Source: a virus
Taxonomy: Duplodnaviria > Caudoviricetes
Virus record (IMG/VR): IMGVR_UViG_3300017747_003196
Location: 1 to 39,268 of that record
Length of the DNA stretch: 39,268 bases
Strand: one strand, 5' to 3'
Positions 18,220-27,229 of this stretch are shown in pieces (position 1 is the stretch's first letter; every line of letters starts with the position of its first letter). The position numbers and the translations under genes were made by a program. The notes under the pieces are model-generated. The model ran no database searches, was not told where the DNA came from, and saw only the letters and a program-made list of their open reading frames with translations.

Positions 18220-19771
18220 GCTCCTCCTCGTAAAGTTTGATCAAATCGGTATGGTCAAGTACCCGACCCTCCAGTTGCTTAAACATACGTCGCTCAATCT
18301 CACTGCCTTGTATATGAATAACCGTAACGCTGTCGCTGGTTTGCCCTTGACGGTCTGCGCGGGCGCAGCACTGCACGTAGGTCTCCACGCTCATGACGGG
18401 CCCCCAGAAGATCACCGTGTCGGCTGCCGTCAACGTAACACCGTGAGAAGCAGACTGCGGTTGGATGACCAGCACGCGCGGGTCGGGCGTGGTTTGAAAC
18501 TCGTTGAAAATCATGGACCTTGTGGATGCTGTTACATCGCCGTGTATCTTCTTGTTGCTAACTCCGTTGGCTGTAAGGAAGTCGCTGATAGTGTTGATAC
18601 TGTGGCGGTAGGGTGCAAACACCAGCACTTTGCGCTGCGTTTCTTCCAATGCTTCCAGTAATACGTTGAGGCGAGGTTTGCAGTCAAACTCCACTACCTC
18701 CATCGTGTCCGTGTAGGCTGCGCCGGCACTTATCTGCAACAGCTTATTAACAGATGCCGCCGCGTTGATTGCGGTGATAGTTTCGCCGGCAGCACTGACC
18801 AACATCTGGTCTTTCAGTATCCGGTAGTATTTAATCTGCTGCGGGGTAAGTTCTACCTCACGGGTGACGGTTATGACAGGCGGCAGGTCAAGGCACTGTG
18901 CTTTCGTAAAACGTATTGCGGGTTGCAACGCTTCGAACACTGTGCTATCTGCATTGTCCTTTGGCACCCACTTGAACTTGGTGATCTGGCGCATGACTTT
19001 GTCACGCCACGCTGTAGCGAAGCGCGGCACCGCTGTAGGGTTGACCAGCTTGGCAAGTCCGTACGCATCCTCTGGTGATTGTGCTGCCGGCGTGCCCGTC
19101 ATCAGCCACAGAAACGTTTCCGGCTTCAAAAGTTTGTTCAGCGTCTTCCACCGGCGAGTGCTGGTGTTCTTCCACGCGTTGGCTTCATCACCAATGATCA
19201 GGTCAAACCGTCCATCCTCCGTAATGGCGTTGGCGATCATGGGTAGGCCGTCATAGTTGCATATTACGATCTCGTAGTCGTTCTTGATTATTTCAATGCG
19301 CCTGTCCGACTGCGAGTGATAAGCAATAGCTGCGGTGCGGTGTACAACACTTTTAGCAATGTCGCCCATCCACGCAGATTGCATAATAGAGAGCGGGCAG
19401 ATGATCAACACACGCCTCACTTCCCCCACGGTCATCAAGTAATCTGCAGCCCATAGAGCCGACAGCGTTTTGCCAGTGCCGGGTTCAGAAAACACGAAGG
19501 CGCGGCGGTGCAGCGTCAAGAATGACGCGGTTTCTTTCTGGTGAGCGAATGGTTTGTATTTGCCGGGCCATTTGTAGCTGCGCAGGATGGGCGAGGGCAC
19601 TTCGCGCACACCCAGATTCTTGAGCACTCGCGCTTCGTCCAGCCCCCAATACACCGCAACTTCATGCAAGCCGTTACCTAAGTCTGACACGTGCTTGCTG
19701 CGCGGTATGACCGCGTACTTGTCAGGGTACCTTGTGCGCAGTACCAGCGCTTTGTTGTCAACGATCTGCAT
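18194..19771 (-). CDS. SNF2-family (SF2) helicase
   Basis: EPGTGKT, IIGDEA, LMTGTP, HGVTLTAA and QCCARADRQGQ motifs. Confidence 0.9.
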   Translation of the reverse strand: MQIVDNKALVLRTRYPDKYAVIPRSKHVSDLGNGLHEVAVYWGLDEARVLKNLGVREVPSPILRSYKWPGKYKPFAHQKETASFLTLHRRAFVFSEPGTGKTLSALWAADYLMTVGEVRRVLIICPLSIMQSAWMGDIAKSVVHRTAAIAYHSQSDRRIEIIKNDYEIVICNYDGLPMIANAITEDGRFDLIIGDEANAWKNTSTRRWKTLNKLLKPETFLWLMTGTPAAQSPEDAYGLAKLVNPTAVPRFATAWRDKVMRQITKFKWVPKDNADSTVFEALQPAIRFTKAQCLDLPPVITVTREVELTPQQIKYYRILKDQMLVSAAGETITAINAAASVNKLLQISAGAAYTDTMEVVEFDCKPRLNVLLEALEETQRKVLVFAPYRHSINTISDFLTANGVSNKKIHGDVTASTRSMIFNEFQTTPDPRVLVIQPQSASHGVTLTAADTVIFWGPVMSVETYVQCCARADRQGQTSDSVTVIHIQGSEIERRMFKQLEGRVLDHTDLIKLYEEELADAKIHV

Positions 19772-20069
19772 GGAACGAAAACTTTATGACTTGTTCTGAT
19801 GTAGTGGGAATACCTTCGACGGACATCGCTTTGTTTTCAAATAAATACAGGCTCAGGTCTACCCAAAACTGCTCAATTTTTTCATCTGCTTCAGTCGAGT
19901 AAGACATTTTTAGAGTGTCCTGCGTTCTGTCATAAGAACCTGTGCATATAACAGGTTCTTTACCAAACCGTGTTTTCCAACACAGCAGAAGATCGTCTAC
20001 ACTCCACGACGCAAACTCCGGATATTGTTCTCGGAACTTTGATTTAAACAGGGGCACTTGTTCTGTCAC
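19758..20069 (-). CDS. Hypothetical protein
   Basis: 103 aa. GTGA overlap with the upstream stop, and overlaps the helicase start. Confidence 0.6.
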   Translation of the reverse strand: MTEQVPLFKSKFREQYPEFASWSVDDLLLCWKTRFGKEPVICTGSYDRTQDTLKMSYSTEADEKIEQFWVDLSLYLFENKAMSVEGIPTTSEQVIKFSFHADR

Positions 20070-20293
20070 GTTTTGTTATCTCCTCTATTTGAACTGCGGC
20101 TGCGCAAGCGCAGATTGCCGCCGGTAGACTTGCCGCCCTTGCGGATCGGAGTCTTGTGGTCAATGTCTTTACCGCTGCGGTCAACGCCTTTCTTGTCATA
20201 CATACGCCGAGCGCGCTGGCGCTCGATCTGGTCTTTATCTTCGCCGCGTTTAACCTGCAGTTGGTAGTCGTGTTTCCAATCTCGTTTAGCCAT
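20066..20293 (-). CDS. Small HNH-like protein
   Basis: ATG at 20293 with RBS AAGGAG. DIDHKTPIRKGG...NLRL...NR. Confidence 0.7.
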   Translation of the reverse strand: MAKRDWKHDYQLQVKRGEDKDQIERQRARRMYDKKGVDRSGKDIDHKTPIRKGGKSTGGNLRLRSRSSNRGDNKT

Positions 20294-20303
20294 GTCTATC
20301 TCC

Positions 20304-20963
20304 TTAATGGTCGGGGTGAAATTCGCAGGACTTGACCGGGCACCACGGGCAAAGCCCAGACTGTTTGGGGTTCCATACGTTGTTGGCAGCGCAAGCTTCG
20401 ATGCTGGCAACACGTTCACGGTACCGCTGCTGCAAGTTGTCGCGCATATCCAATGTAACTTTATGCTTGGTCACGCTCTCTTTTACAACAAACAGCAACG
20501 CAGCGTTGACGCGTTCGACTTGCGGGTAGTGAATAAACGTAAGCAACGACATCAAGTCCAGTTGGTCTCGGTCAGGGTATTTGTTACTACCCGTCTTGTA
20601 ATCAACAACCCACGCAACTTTCTTTTCCTCGTCCAATATGAGCAAGTCAACGATGCCGCGTACCCACGCTCTCTTATCAAACCAATCACACGGCTCGTAG
20701 TCAACCGTAGCAGCCAGTTTTAGCTCCGCGTGTTTACTTCCTTGCTTGTCCATCAATGCGGTCAACGTTGGTTGCAAGAAGGCAAACTGTTCAGGCAGCG
20801 GCGTGCCTTTTACGAACTGCTCTGCTGCTTTGTGTAGTTCGTTTCCGTAGCGTGTTTGCTGTGTTTCTACGAAGGGGTGTTTCTTTAATATCCGCGTTTC
20901 GTGATACTTGCGGGGGCAGTTTTCGAAGTCTTTGAGGGACGTGTGGGACCAGCTTATGGCCAT
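20304..20963 (-). CDS. PD-(D/E)XK RecB/Cas4-like exonuclease
   Basis: SHTSL..F..CP, G..LH, GIVDLL, VVDYKTG and C-terminal CPWCP..C. Confidence 0.85.
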   Translation of the reverse strand: MAISWSHTSLKDFENCPRKYHETRILKKHPFVETQQTRYGNELHKAAEQFVKGTPLPEQFAFLQPTLTALMDKQGSKHAELKLAATVDYEPCDWFDKRAWVRGIVDLLILDEEKKVAWVVDYKTGSNKYPDRDQLDLMSLLTFIHYPQVERVNAALLFVVKESVTKHKVTLDMRDNLQQRYRERVASIEACAANNVWNPKQSGLCPWCPVKSCEFHPDH

Positions 20964-21243
20964 TGAACACCTGTTTAATTACTTGCGTTAGCCTGTCGGC
21001 GAAACGGTCAACAAAGCGTTCGTCTTGTTCCAGTTCGTTGCGCATATCGCGCAGCACGGCGTGAACAATTTCATGCCAAAACGCCTGCTCCCGTTCATCC
21101 AAGGCAAAACGGCTGCCGTTGAAAGCGTGCGTAGCAAGTGTGATGTAACGACGTTGGTAGTCAATCTCACCCAACCGCCCATCAGGAAATGACGTTATGG
21201 CATTCAGCGAATACTTTGTACGACCTATGTGGATTGTGTCCAT
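20791..21243 (-). CDS. Small HExxH zinc metallopeptidase-like protein
   Basis: FWHEIVHAVL...DERFV with RBS GAAGGAG. The 3' part overlaps the nuclease gene by 173 nt. Confidence 0.65.
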   Translation of the reverse strand: MDTIHIGRTKYSLNAITSFPDGRLGEIDYQRRYITLATHAFNGSRFALDEREQAFWHEIVHAVLRDMRNELEQDERFVDRFADRLTQVIKQVFNGHKLVPHVPQRLRKLPPQVSRNADIKETPLRRNTANTLRKRTTQSSRAVRKRHAAA

Positions 21244-21269
21244 CGAACATCTCCTTCGTTGTTTTGGTT

Positions 21270-23228
21270 TTACTTCGCGTCACCGTACCGCACAGCCACT
21301 CCAGTTTCTGCTGCCAGCGGAATGCCCGGCATGTACGACGGTTCCTTCACCATCTGCGCCAGCAACCAAGTCTCGGCTTCTTCGGCCTCGGCCTCGGGCA
21401 CCAACGCCACTACTTCATCATGCACTGTCAACACACAGGGATATCGTTTCTGTATCCGCAGCATGCCGTCAGTCATTACGCAGCGTGCAACGGCTTGCAC
21501 TACGTTCTCGGTGATCTTCCCACCATATAGCTTCTTGTGATGCTCGCCGTATGTCCACTGCACCCGACCTTTTTCGTCAGGCTTTCCTTGTAGAGCAGGA
21601 TAGCGCAAATGTAAACCGTTTGGCAACTGAATGCGCCCCTGTTCAAAAGTCAAACACTTGTGTTGATACGTTTTCCCACCAGCAATAGCCCTGATCAGCA
21701 TGGCATCACACAGCCCCCAGAAGTCGCGCACTGTCTCCGCACGTTCCCGATACAGGTCAATGATCTTCTTTGCTGCAACGCAATGCACAATGATTTCGTC
21801 GTCTCCGCACAAGCGCGGTATGGCCAGCGCCTTCTCCACGTTGGGTTCGTAGTTGACGAAGTCATCGAGATACTGCTTGTTTACGCCAAGCTGTTTAGCA
21901 AAAGATATGTCGTACCGGATAGGGGGTGCCCCGAGGAAGCCGGTGAGAAGCTGCGCCGCAAATGATGCCCACCCCAACCCATAGCCGGCCCCCAGCAGTG
22001 CGGATTTGGCGCTCTGGCGCAGGTCTGGGTGCGTGTCCTTGGTCAACCCCGGGATGCCGAACATCTGCGCACCAAAGGCCGCGTATGCGTCCTGACCACT
22101 GGCAAAAATCTGCAGCAGCTCCCGATAGTCAGCCAACCACGCCAGCACGCGCGGCTCGATCTGCGACAGGTCAGCCACCACCAACACGTGACCATCGGGG
22201 GCCATGATGGCGCGGCGCAGGAACGAATTGCGCTTCAGGTTCTGCATATTGATGCCGCTGCCTCGGCTTGCCGACCAGCGTCCCGTGTGCGCGCCGTAGT
22301 AGTTAAGCGGCACCGGCAAGGTGCCCCGCTGCGCGATGTCCAGAAAACGCTGGGCGCGGGTTCTGTCTAACGTACTTTTGACAGCCAGTCTTGCTTCACA
22401 CAGCAGCGACACATCTTCGTTATCCCCGTTGAGCAGGGCTTGGAACATGGCATCATTTTTGGCGAAGGCAAACGCCTGCTTGCCGGTTGTTTTGCTAATC
22501 TTCGTTGGTGGCTCCACGCCCATAAGGCGCAGCACGTTGGCAAATTTGTCATTGCTGGCAAGGTCTGTCTCCGGCACCCCGAGCTTAGCCAGCAACCCCT
22601 CCCGCCGCTCCTTCTCCTCTTTGATGGCGTCTTGCAGCAGGTAGGGGTCAAGCTTCAGCACCGGGTTCACAAACATGCGCAGCGTCATGTCAATCAGGCG
22701 CAGTTCTTTCTTAGGATAGTTTGTTATCAGGTTGTCAAATACCCCCTCGCACAATGCGACATCGTGAATGCAATACTCCGCTAGTTCTTGCTCAACGTGC
22801 GGCGGCAAAGCATCCAACATCCCATCCGTGCTGTGGACAGCATCGCCTTTCGGCGGCAACCCAAACGTCTCTGCCAGCTTCTTCAGGCTGTTTCCTACCT
22901 CCACCCCACGCAACGCTCGCGCCATGCTAAGCGAGTCGAAGATGAACGCAGGCACATGGCCGTAGCGCCATGACAGAATGGACACGTCGAATTGCGCGTT
23001 ATGTGCAAGGACCGCTGTGGTAGACCAGTCAATGGAGTCGAAGAACTTTTGAAGGTCTGTAGCCGATACCCACTGCGGCGTTTCCTTACTTCCATACCAA
23101 CGCCAAGCGGCACCCCATGCTTTGAAGCGAGGGTCTCGAATGTACTGCTCGGTTGTCAGTTTTGATAGCGTGTATTCCTTACGATCCCATGCCGTTTCAA
23201 AATCCAACACCATTATTTGCGTAAACAT
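21270..23228 (-). CDS. polA: Family A DNA polymerase with 3'-5' exonuclease
   Basis: Exonuclease motifs LDFET, AHNAQFD and YCIHD. HTGRWS, motif A DLSQIE, motif B RQSAKSALLGAGYG, motif C TVHDE. Confidence 0.92.
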   Translation of the reverse strand: MFTQIMVLDFETAWDRKEYTLSKLTTEQYIRDPRFKAWGAAWRWYGSKETPQWVSATDLQKFFDSIDWSTTAVLAHNAQFDVSILSWRYGHVPAFIFDSLSMARALRGVEVGNSLKKLAETFGLPPKGDAVHSTDGMLDALPPHVEQELAEYCIHDVALCEGVFDNLITNYPKKELRLIDMTLRMFVNPVLKLDPYLLQDAIKEEKERREGLLAKLGVPETDLASNDKFANVLRLMGVEPPTKISKTTGKQAFAFAKNDAMFQALLNGDNEDVSLLCEARLAVKSTLDRTRAQRFLDIAQRGTLPVPLNYYGAHTGRWSASRGSGINMQNLKRNSFLRRAIMAPDGHVLVVADLSQIEPRVLAWLADYRELLQIFASGQDAYAAFGAQMFGIPGLTKDTHPDLRQSAKSALLGAGYGLGWASFAAQLLTGFLGAPPIRYDISFAKQLGVNKQYLDDFVNYEPNVEKALAIPRLCGDDEIIVHCVAAKKIIDLYRERAETVRDFWGLCDAMLIRAIAGGKTYQHKCLTFEQGRIQLPNGLHLRYPALQGKPDEKGRVQWTYGEHHKKLYGGKITENVVQAVARCVMTDGMLRIQKRYPCVLTVHDEVVALVPEAEAEEAETWLLAQMVKEPSYMPGIPLAAETGVAVRYGDAK

Positions 23229-23482
23229 CAGTTGTACTTTCTCGCCAGTGCTTCGCTTTCTGTTACGGATATAGCGATTGTTTTTAAAACTTCGAACGAC
23301 TCCTTGTTATCCATATTAAATTTATATACTCGTAAAGAACGCGCGGCCCCTACATCGTGTATATGCACAAAAATCCCTTTATCACATTCGTAGTCATCGT
23401 CGTTTGACCAGATACAGTTGTGTACTACCTCCATAACGGAGTTAAACATTTGCTGCCTGTCTTGTTCGTTTTCCTTGGGCAT
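23228..23482 (-). CDS. Hypothetical protein
   Basis: ATG at 23482 after CAGGAAG. TGATG overlap with polA. Confidence 0.55.
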   Translation of the reverse strand: MPKENEQDRQQMFNSVMEVVHNCIWSNDDDYECDKGIFVHIHDVGAARSLRVYKFNMDNKESFEVLKTIAISVTESEALARKYN

Positions 23483-23483
23483 A

Positions 23484-23780
23484 TCAACTTCTTCCTGAAG
23501 GTACGTAGCCAACCAGTTCAGCACTGCTCAGCAGGTGCACACTATCTCCTACCTCGTCATCTTCACGCACCCATTTGAATTTAATCTCCGGTCTGACGCA
23601 CTTACCTTGCGCCTTCATCTTGGCTTGGTATTGCGGGGTGCAGTCGGTGCAGAACCATGCAGAAAGATTCGGGCGGCTCAATCTGGCCCGTTCCCTCCAT
23701 TCATCATATTGCGCAGCCGTAGCACAGGGGTAATACATACTGGCCACGGTCCGCCGATAGTCCGAGTTCTTCGAGTTCAC
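23484..23780 (-). CDS. Hypothetical protein with Cys cluster (FCTDCTP..C)
   Basis: GTGA-coupled start, four Cys residues. Confidence 0.6.
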   Translation of the reverse strand: MNSKNSDYRRTVASMYYPCATAAQYDEWRERARLSRPNLSAWFCTDCTPQYQAKMKAQGKCVRPEIKFKWVREDDEVGDSVHLLSSAELVGYVPSGRS

Positions 23781-23944
23781 GCCATCCCCCCTTCCATCGA
23801 GTCCTCAATATCCGCCTTCGGGAACGCAGTAACCCAAAACACATCAAGTGCAAACGGTTTTAACTCGACCGGATTTTTCCTTGCGTCATTTGTGACGGGT
23901 AAATGCTTTTTAAAAACGCTTATCAGTAGTTCTCGTCTGCTCAT
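23777..23944 (-). CDS. 55-aa hypothetical protein (not in ORF track)
   Basis: Hand translation MSRRELLISVFKKHL...SMEGGMA. ATGA/GTGA overlaps at both ends. Confidence 0.55.
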   Translation of the reverse strand: MSRRELLISVFKKHLPVTNDARKNPVELKPFALDVFWVTAFPKADIEDSMEGGMA

Positions 23945-24129
23945 TTCTTCTTGCCTTTCACCAAGCGTACGGGCTCGATCTTTTCGACTTCCATTCGGTA
24001 CAACCTAACCGTCTCTGCGACATCGGTATGTGCGGCGTTTGTCGGCACGAACTTGCAGCCGGGGTCAATGATGTACTTCTTGCGGCTACGCAGATACGCA
24101 ATAGCTTCGTCTCGCTTGTCCTGTCTCAT
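23941..24129 (-). CDS. Hypothetical protein
   Basis: 62 aa with RBS GAGGAGG. Confidence 0.65.
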   Translation of the reverse strand: MRQDKRDEAIAYLRSRKKYIIDPGCKFVPTNAAHTDVAETVRLYRMEVEKIEPVRLVKGKKK

Positions 24130-24353
24130 AGCGGTGCCTCCTCGATGTCATTTAGATTTGCTGGACTTACGCGCTTTACGGGCTTTGGACATTTTGGTTT
24201 TGACTTTGGGGCTGCTCCAATACTTGCTGCGCTTGGTGTATTTGCGCTTGGGCTTGGGGGCATTGGCGAATGTCCACTCAATAGGCTTGTGAACGAGGGA
24301 AACGGCCAGCTGCTCGGCAGATTTTGGAGGTTCGACCTTGTAAGGTGCTTCAT
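24126..24353 (-). CDS. Pro-rich 75-aa protein nested out of frame in 24148-24459
   Basis: Own RBS (GAGGAG) upstream of the ATG. WPFP...DIEEAPL; stop is ATGA-coupled to the next gene. Confidence 0.45.
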   Translation of the reverse strand: MKHLTRSNLQNLPSSWPFPSFTSLLSGHSPMPPSPSANTPSAASIGAAPKSKPKCPKPVKRVSPANLNDIEEAPL

Positions 24354-24459
24354 TACTACGCTCCTCTTTTGCTTTATCAGACATTTTAACCAGCATATAC
24401 AAAACCCAAACAGCAACGGCAAAAGCAACAGCGATAGCAATGATCTTAACGATTTCCAT
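24148..24459 (-). CDS. Membrane-anchored protein with basic C-terminus
   Basis: RBS GGAG, N-terminal TM helix, APYKVEPP, and KPKRKYTKRSKYW Lys/Arg tail. Confidence 0.6.
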   Translation of the reverse strand: MEIVKIIAIAVAFAVAVWVLYMLVKMSDKAKEERSNEAPYKVEPPKSAEQLAVSLVHKPIEWTFANAPKPKRKYTKRSKYWSSPKVKTKMSKARKARKSSKSK

Positions 24460-24461
24460 GG

Positions 24462-24668
24462 TTATCTCCAAATATACTCTTTAGGGTTAGTTACTTCAGT
24501 CTTGTTACCGCACACATCACACTTGGCGTTAGTCCACTTCGACTTCAGCCAGCGATCCACCTTGCCACCCAACTTACCGGCGCATGAAATGCAGATAGCT
24601 TCATACTCCAACGGCGGCTTCACCTCACGCGCTTCCTTCTCAAAAAATGATTTCATAAACATCTTCAT
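24462..24668 (-). CDS. Small zinc-ribbon protein
   Basis: CISC...CDVC. Confidence 0.6.
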   Translation of the reverse strand: MKMFMKSFFEKEAREVKPPLEYEAICISCAGKLGGKVDRWLKSKWTNAKCDVCGNKTEVTNPKEYIWR

Positions 24669-24736
24669 TTTCTATTTCCTTTTTTCTTTGGGCTTTTCGC
24701 TATTCGCGAATCAAGAATATCAAATATGTCGCTCAT
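24665..24736 (-). CDS. Possible 23-aa ORF
   Basis: MSDIFDILDSRIAKSPKKKGNRK fills the gap exactly and is ATGA-coupled to the next gene. Weak RBS. Confidence 0.35.
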   Translation of the reverse strand: MSDIFDILDSRIAKSPKKKGNRK

Positions 24737-24739
24737 AAC

Positions 24740-24946
24740 TCACTCTCTGTAAAATTTGAGCACACGTTCTATAGCATCTACCATCGCCTTTATTTCTGCG
24801 ACATCCTCCCTCTTGTTGGTGCTAAACACAGCACATCGCCTTCCGTCTTTATGCTTCTGAAGGTCTGAACGCAGCAACTCCATTACGGAAACCAGCTCTT
24901 GTTGAACAATGCTAGATGCTGTGTCGTTGTCTATTTCTATTTTCAT
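24740..24946 (-). CDS. Hypothetical protein
   Basis: ATGA-coupled start with RBS GGAGG. Confidence 0.6.
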   Translation of the reverse strand: MKIEIDNDTASSIVQQELVSVMELLRSDLQKHKDGRRCAVFSTNKREDVAEIKAMVDAIERVLKFYRE

Positions 24947-25191
24947 CTCCACCTCCAACACTTAATCACTCCGCCCTCGACGACATAGATAGTCATCTCC
25001 CCCTCGGTCTGGGGCATAGGGCATACAGACAGCGCAACCTTCTGAGCGGCGGGTTCAACTTCATTGACCCGATACCCAACAGCAGCTGCAGCCGCGCCAA
25101 CAAACAATCCCGCCACTGCTACTGTCGCCATGCGCTTGACCATTACTGGCCCGTCGATGAAGTAGGGTTTCATCTTAAAAATCTCCATCAC
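24943..25191 (-). CDS. Hypothetical membrane protein
   Basis: TM segment VAVAGLFVGAAAAAVGY. Coupled overlaps at both ends. Confidence 0.55.
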   Translation of the reverse strand: MMEIFKMKPYFIDGPVMVKRMATVAVAGLFVGAAAAAVGYRVNEVEPAAQKVALSVCPMPQTEGEMTIYVVEGGVIKCWRWR

Positions 25192-25412
25192 TGCAAACTA
25201 CGCCCTGCTACTGCAACAACATCTTCATACACCCATTCTTCGGGAGCGCAGTAGTAAACACCCAAGCATCGGTGTTCATAGTCTTTCATGATCTTTGCAA
25301 ATCGCTTCTCGTCAAGCGTCATGGTGCGGATTCGGCCGTCAATGACGAACGCCGCAATCATTTGGGTTTTGGACTTATCTGCTACGTATTTTGCCATCTG
25401 TTGCATGTTCAT
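25188..25412 (-). CDS. Hypothetical protein
   Basis: 74 aa with RBS CAGGAG. Confidence 0.6.
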   Translation of the reverse strand: MNMQQMAKYVADKSKTQMIAAFVIDGRIRTMTLDEKRFAKIMKDYEHRCLGVYYCAPEEWVYEDVVAVAGRSLQ

Positions 25413-25423
25413 GTTATCTCCTG

Positions 25424-25708
25424 TTATTTAAAAATATCTACCAGCGCGTTTAACGATTCTTCGTTCACAACAAAAGCACTACCACCGGCGTCTATGATGC
25501 GCATTAACTCACGTTGTTGTAGTGCTGTAGGCGTGTTATCACCAGCCTTGCATTCAATACCGATAAACCGCCCTTTGAAACACACAATGATGTCGGGAAC
25601 ACCTGACCGACCAAAGCCGCCTGTTGCGGGGAAAAAGTAATATGCACCCGCCGCCTTCAGAATGTCAACAACTTTCTTTTTTACCTTGCCTTCTGGTGTC
25701 ATAGCCAT
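25424..25708 (-). CDS. VRR-NUC family nuclease (Holliday junction resolvase-like)
   Basis: TPEGKVK, GVPDII, FIGIECKA and PTALQ motifs. Confidence 0.88.
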   Translation of the reverse strand: MAMTPEGKVKKKVVDILKAAGAYYFFPATGGFGRSGVPDIIVCFKGRFIGIECKAGDNTPTALQQRELMRIIDAGGSAFVVNEESLNALVDIFK

Positions 25709-25908
25709 CAGATACTCCGTCCCTCTTTAATACCTTTCTCATACAGCGCATCCAACTTCCACATGACTTGGCGCTTCAGCCCTTTGGCACGCAGGAACAT
25801 TATTCCGTCCCCGCGCACCGTAACGATTAACTCCCGCGCACCAGCGTCCTGCACAACAATCGCCAGTTCACGGACGATTTCTTTACCACCATTTAGCTTT
25901 GTTGCCAT
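25708..25908 (-). CDS. Hypothetical protein
   Basis: 66 aa with RBS AAGGA. TGATG overlap with the VRR-NUC gene. Confidence 0.6.
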   Translation of the reverse strand: MATKLNGGKEIVRELAIVVQDAGARELIVTVRGDGIMFLRAKGLKRQVMWKLDALYEKGIKEGRSI

Positions 25909-25916
25909 GATTGTCC

Positions 25917-26825
25917 TTACCAGTTGAACTTACCCAGCATACCGTCAACCTGCGCCTTGAGGGCGCTGCGTTGCTGCATGTCCTCGCGCAGCGTATCCGC
26001 CACCGTCAACGCGTTGCCGTTCTTCTTGGTAATAACGTTGACACTAGTCAAGCTGCGCTCTAACGCCAGCCGCGCCCGCTCAAGGTCTGCATCCTGCGTA
26101 ATGTTGAGAGACTTGACCATGTCGCACAGGTCTAACCCGGAGTCTACCAACGTGTCATGGAAACGACGCGGCTTAGGCTGTCCGTCTACGATGTCAACAG
26201 TAAGTCTGTCAGACATACGCTTCAGGTGGTCACTGATACGGGCGCGCACGTCAGCCATCGCGCTCTCCACCCTCTTGTCAGCCAGTTCTGCCAGTTGCTT
26301 CTGCAGCTCCGCTTGCGCCGCATCACCGACATCGACACGGAAGTCACCGGAGGTGGGCACGGGCATGTAGTTGACGCTGAAGCCAAACTTGCCCTTGATG
26401 GTGTCGGGTGACGGATACTCGTCGCGCTTGAACATGGTGCCCAACGCCATTGCTTGTGCAGTAATCAAGGACGGATACACTGTCACAAAGTCCTCGCACA
26501 GTTTCCAATACTTATCTTCGTGTTGGGTCATGTCAGCGTTGAAGCTCTGGAACTTGATGACCGGCAACAGGCGCAGCCCGCTGTCAGACCACGGCAGCGT
26601 GTTGGCATACACGAAGTTGCGTATCTCGCTGACGAACTGCTGAATAACCTCCAGCTCCTTGCGCCCAGCCAGCAGGTTCTTGTTGACGCGCGCCGCACCT
26701 TTCTCGGCCGCACCCTTGTCACGCACTACTTCGTCAGTCACACCACGGTCCAGCTTGCGCGCCGTCCATACACTGGCGTTGAACTCGACGAGCATGGCGC
26801 ATGTATCAATGTTGTAGCGTTGCAT
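25917..26825 (-). CDS. DUF3150-like phage protein
   Basis: RBS AAGGAG. W.ARKLD, TLPW.DSG.RLLP and F...EYP motifs. Typical neighbour of MoxR/vWA genes in phages. Confidence 0.65.
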   Translation of the reverse strand: MQRYNIDTCAMLVEFNASVWTARKLDRGVTDEVVRDKGAAEKGAARVNKNLLAGRKELEVIQQFVSEIRNFVYANTLPWSDSGLRLLPVIKFQSFNADMTQHEDKYWKLCEDFVTVYPSLITAQAMALGTMFKRDEYPSPDTIKGKFGFSVNYMPVPTSGDFRVDVGDAAQAELQKQLAELADKRVESAMADVRARISDHLKRMSDRLTVDIVDGQPKPRRFHDTLVDSGLDLCDMVKSLNITQDADLERARLALERSLTSVNVITKKNGNALTVADTLREDMQQRSALKAQVDGMLGKFNW

Positions 26826-26844
26826 AATGATTCTCCTTGGTTGG

Positions 26845-27213
26845 TTATTTAACACGCATTACTTCGACACAGTCTTTGTTCGATGCGATTATTGCTGACC
26901 CCGTGCCCCAATAGTTGCAAGCCCACGCGGACATCGAACTGGCCAAGTGCGCTGGCTTGAAGCCGTTGACGGGGACGCTTGCGATCTGCCCTACGATCAT
27001 GTCCTCCATGAAAGCGCGGTAATGTGATGACAGATCACCATACTTGCGGTTGCCCCGCATCTTGCGACGCGGCTGCTCTTTCTTGGCTTTCTTAACCACG
27101 ATGTTGCCCCGCGTATGCTGCGTGCCGTCAGGCAGAACAATCACGTAATTCGCGTTGAATGCGGTCAGGATGTTGAGGGCAATAGTGACGCTTCTGTTCT
27201 GTAACTTACTCAT
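26845..27213 (-). CDS. Hypothetical protein
   Basis: ATG at 27213 with RBS AAGGAG. Confidence 0.6.
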   Translation of the reverse strand: MSKLQNRSVTIALNILTAFNANYVIVLPDGTQHTRGNIVVKKAKKEQPRRKMRGNRKYGDLSSHYRAFMEDMIVGQIASVPVNGFKPAHLASSMSAWACNYWGTGSAIIASNKDCVEVMRVK

Positions 27214-27229
27214 TACGTTATCTCCTTGA

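Noticed and set aside
20304-20963. Cas4 as evidence of a CRISPR system
   Set aside because: A stand-alone PD-(D/E)XK nuclease in a phage replication module; common, with no array.
21270-23228. Intein or intron in polA, terL or the helicases
   Set aside because: Lengths are ordinary, catalytic motifs are contiguous, and no C..HN splice motifs were seen.
24126-24440. Rz/Rz1 spanin pair
   Set aside because: No valid lipobox (FGFC), no coiled-coil periplasmic domain, and no lysis genes nearby.
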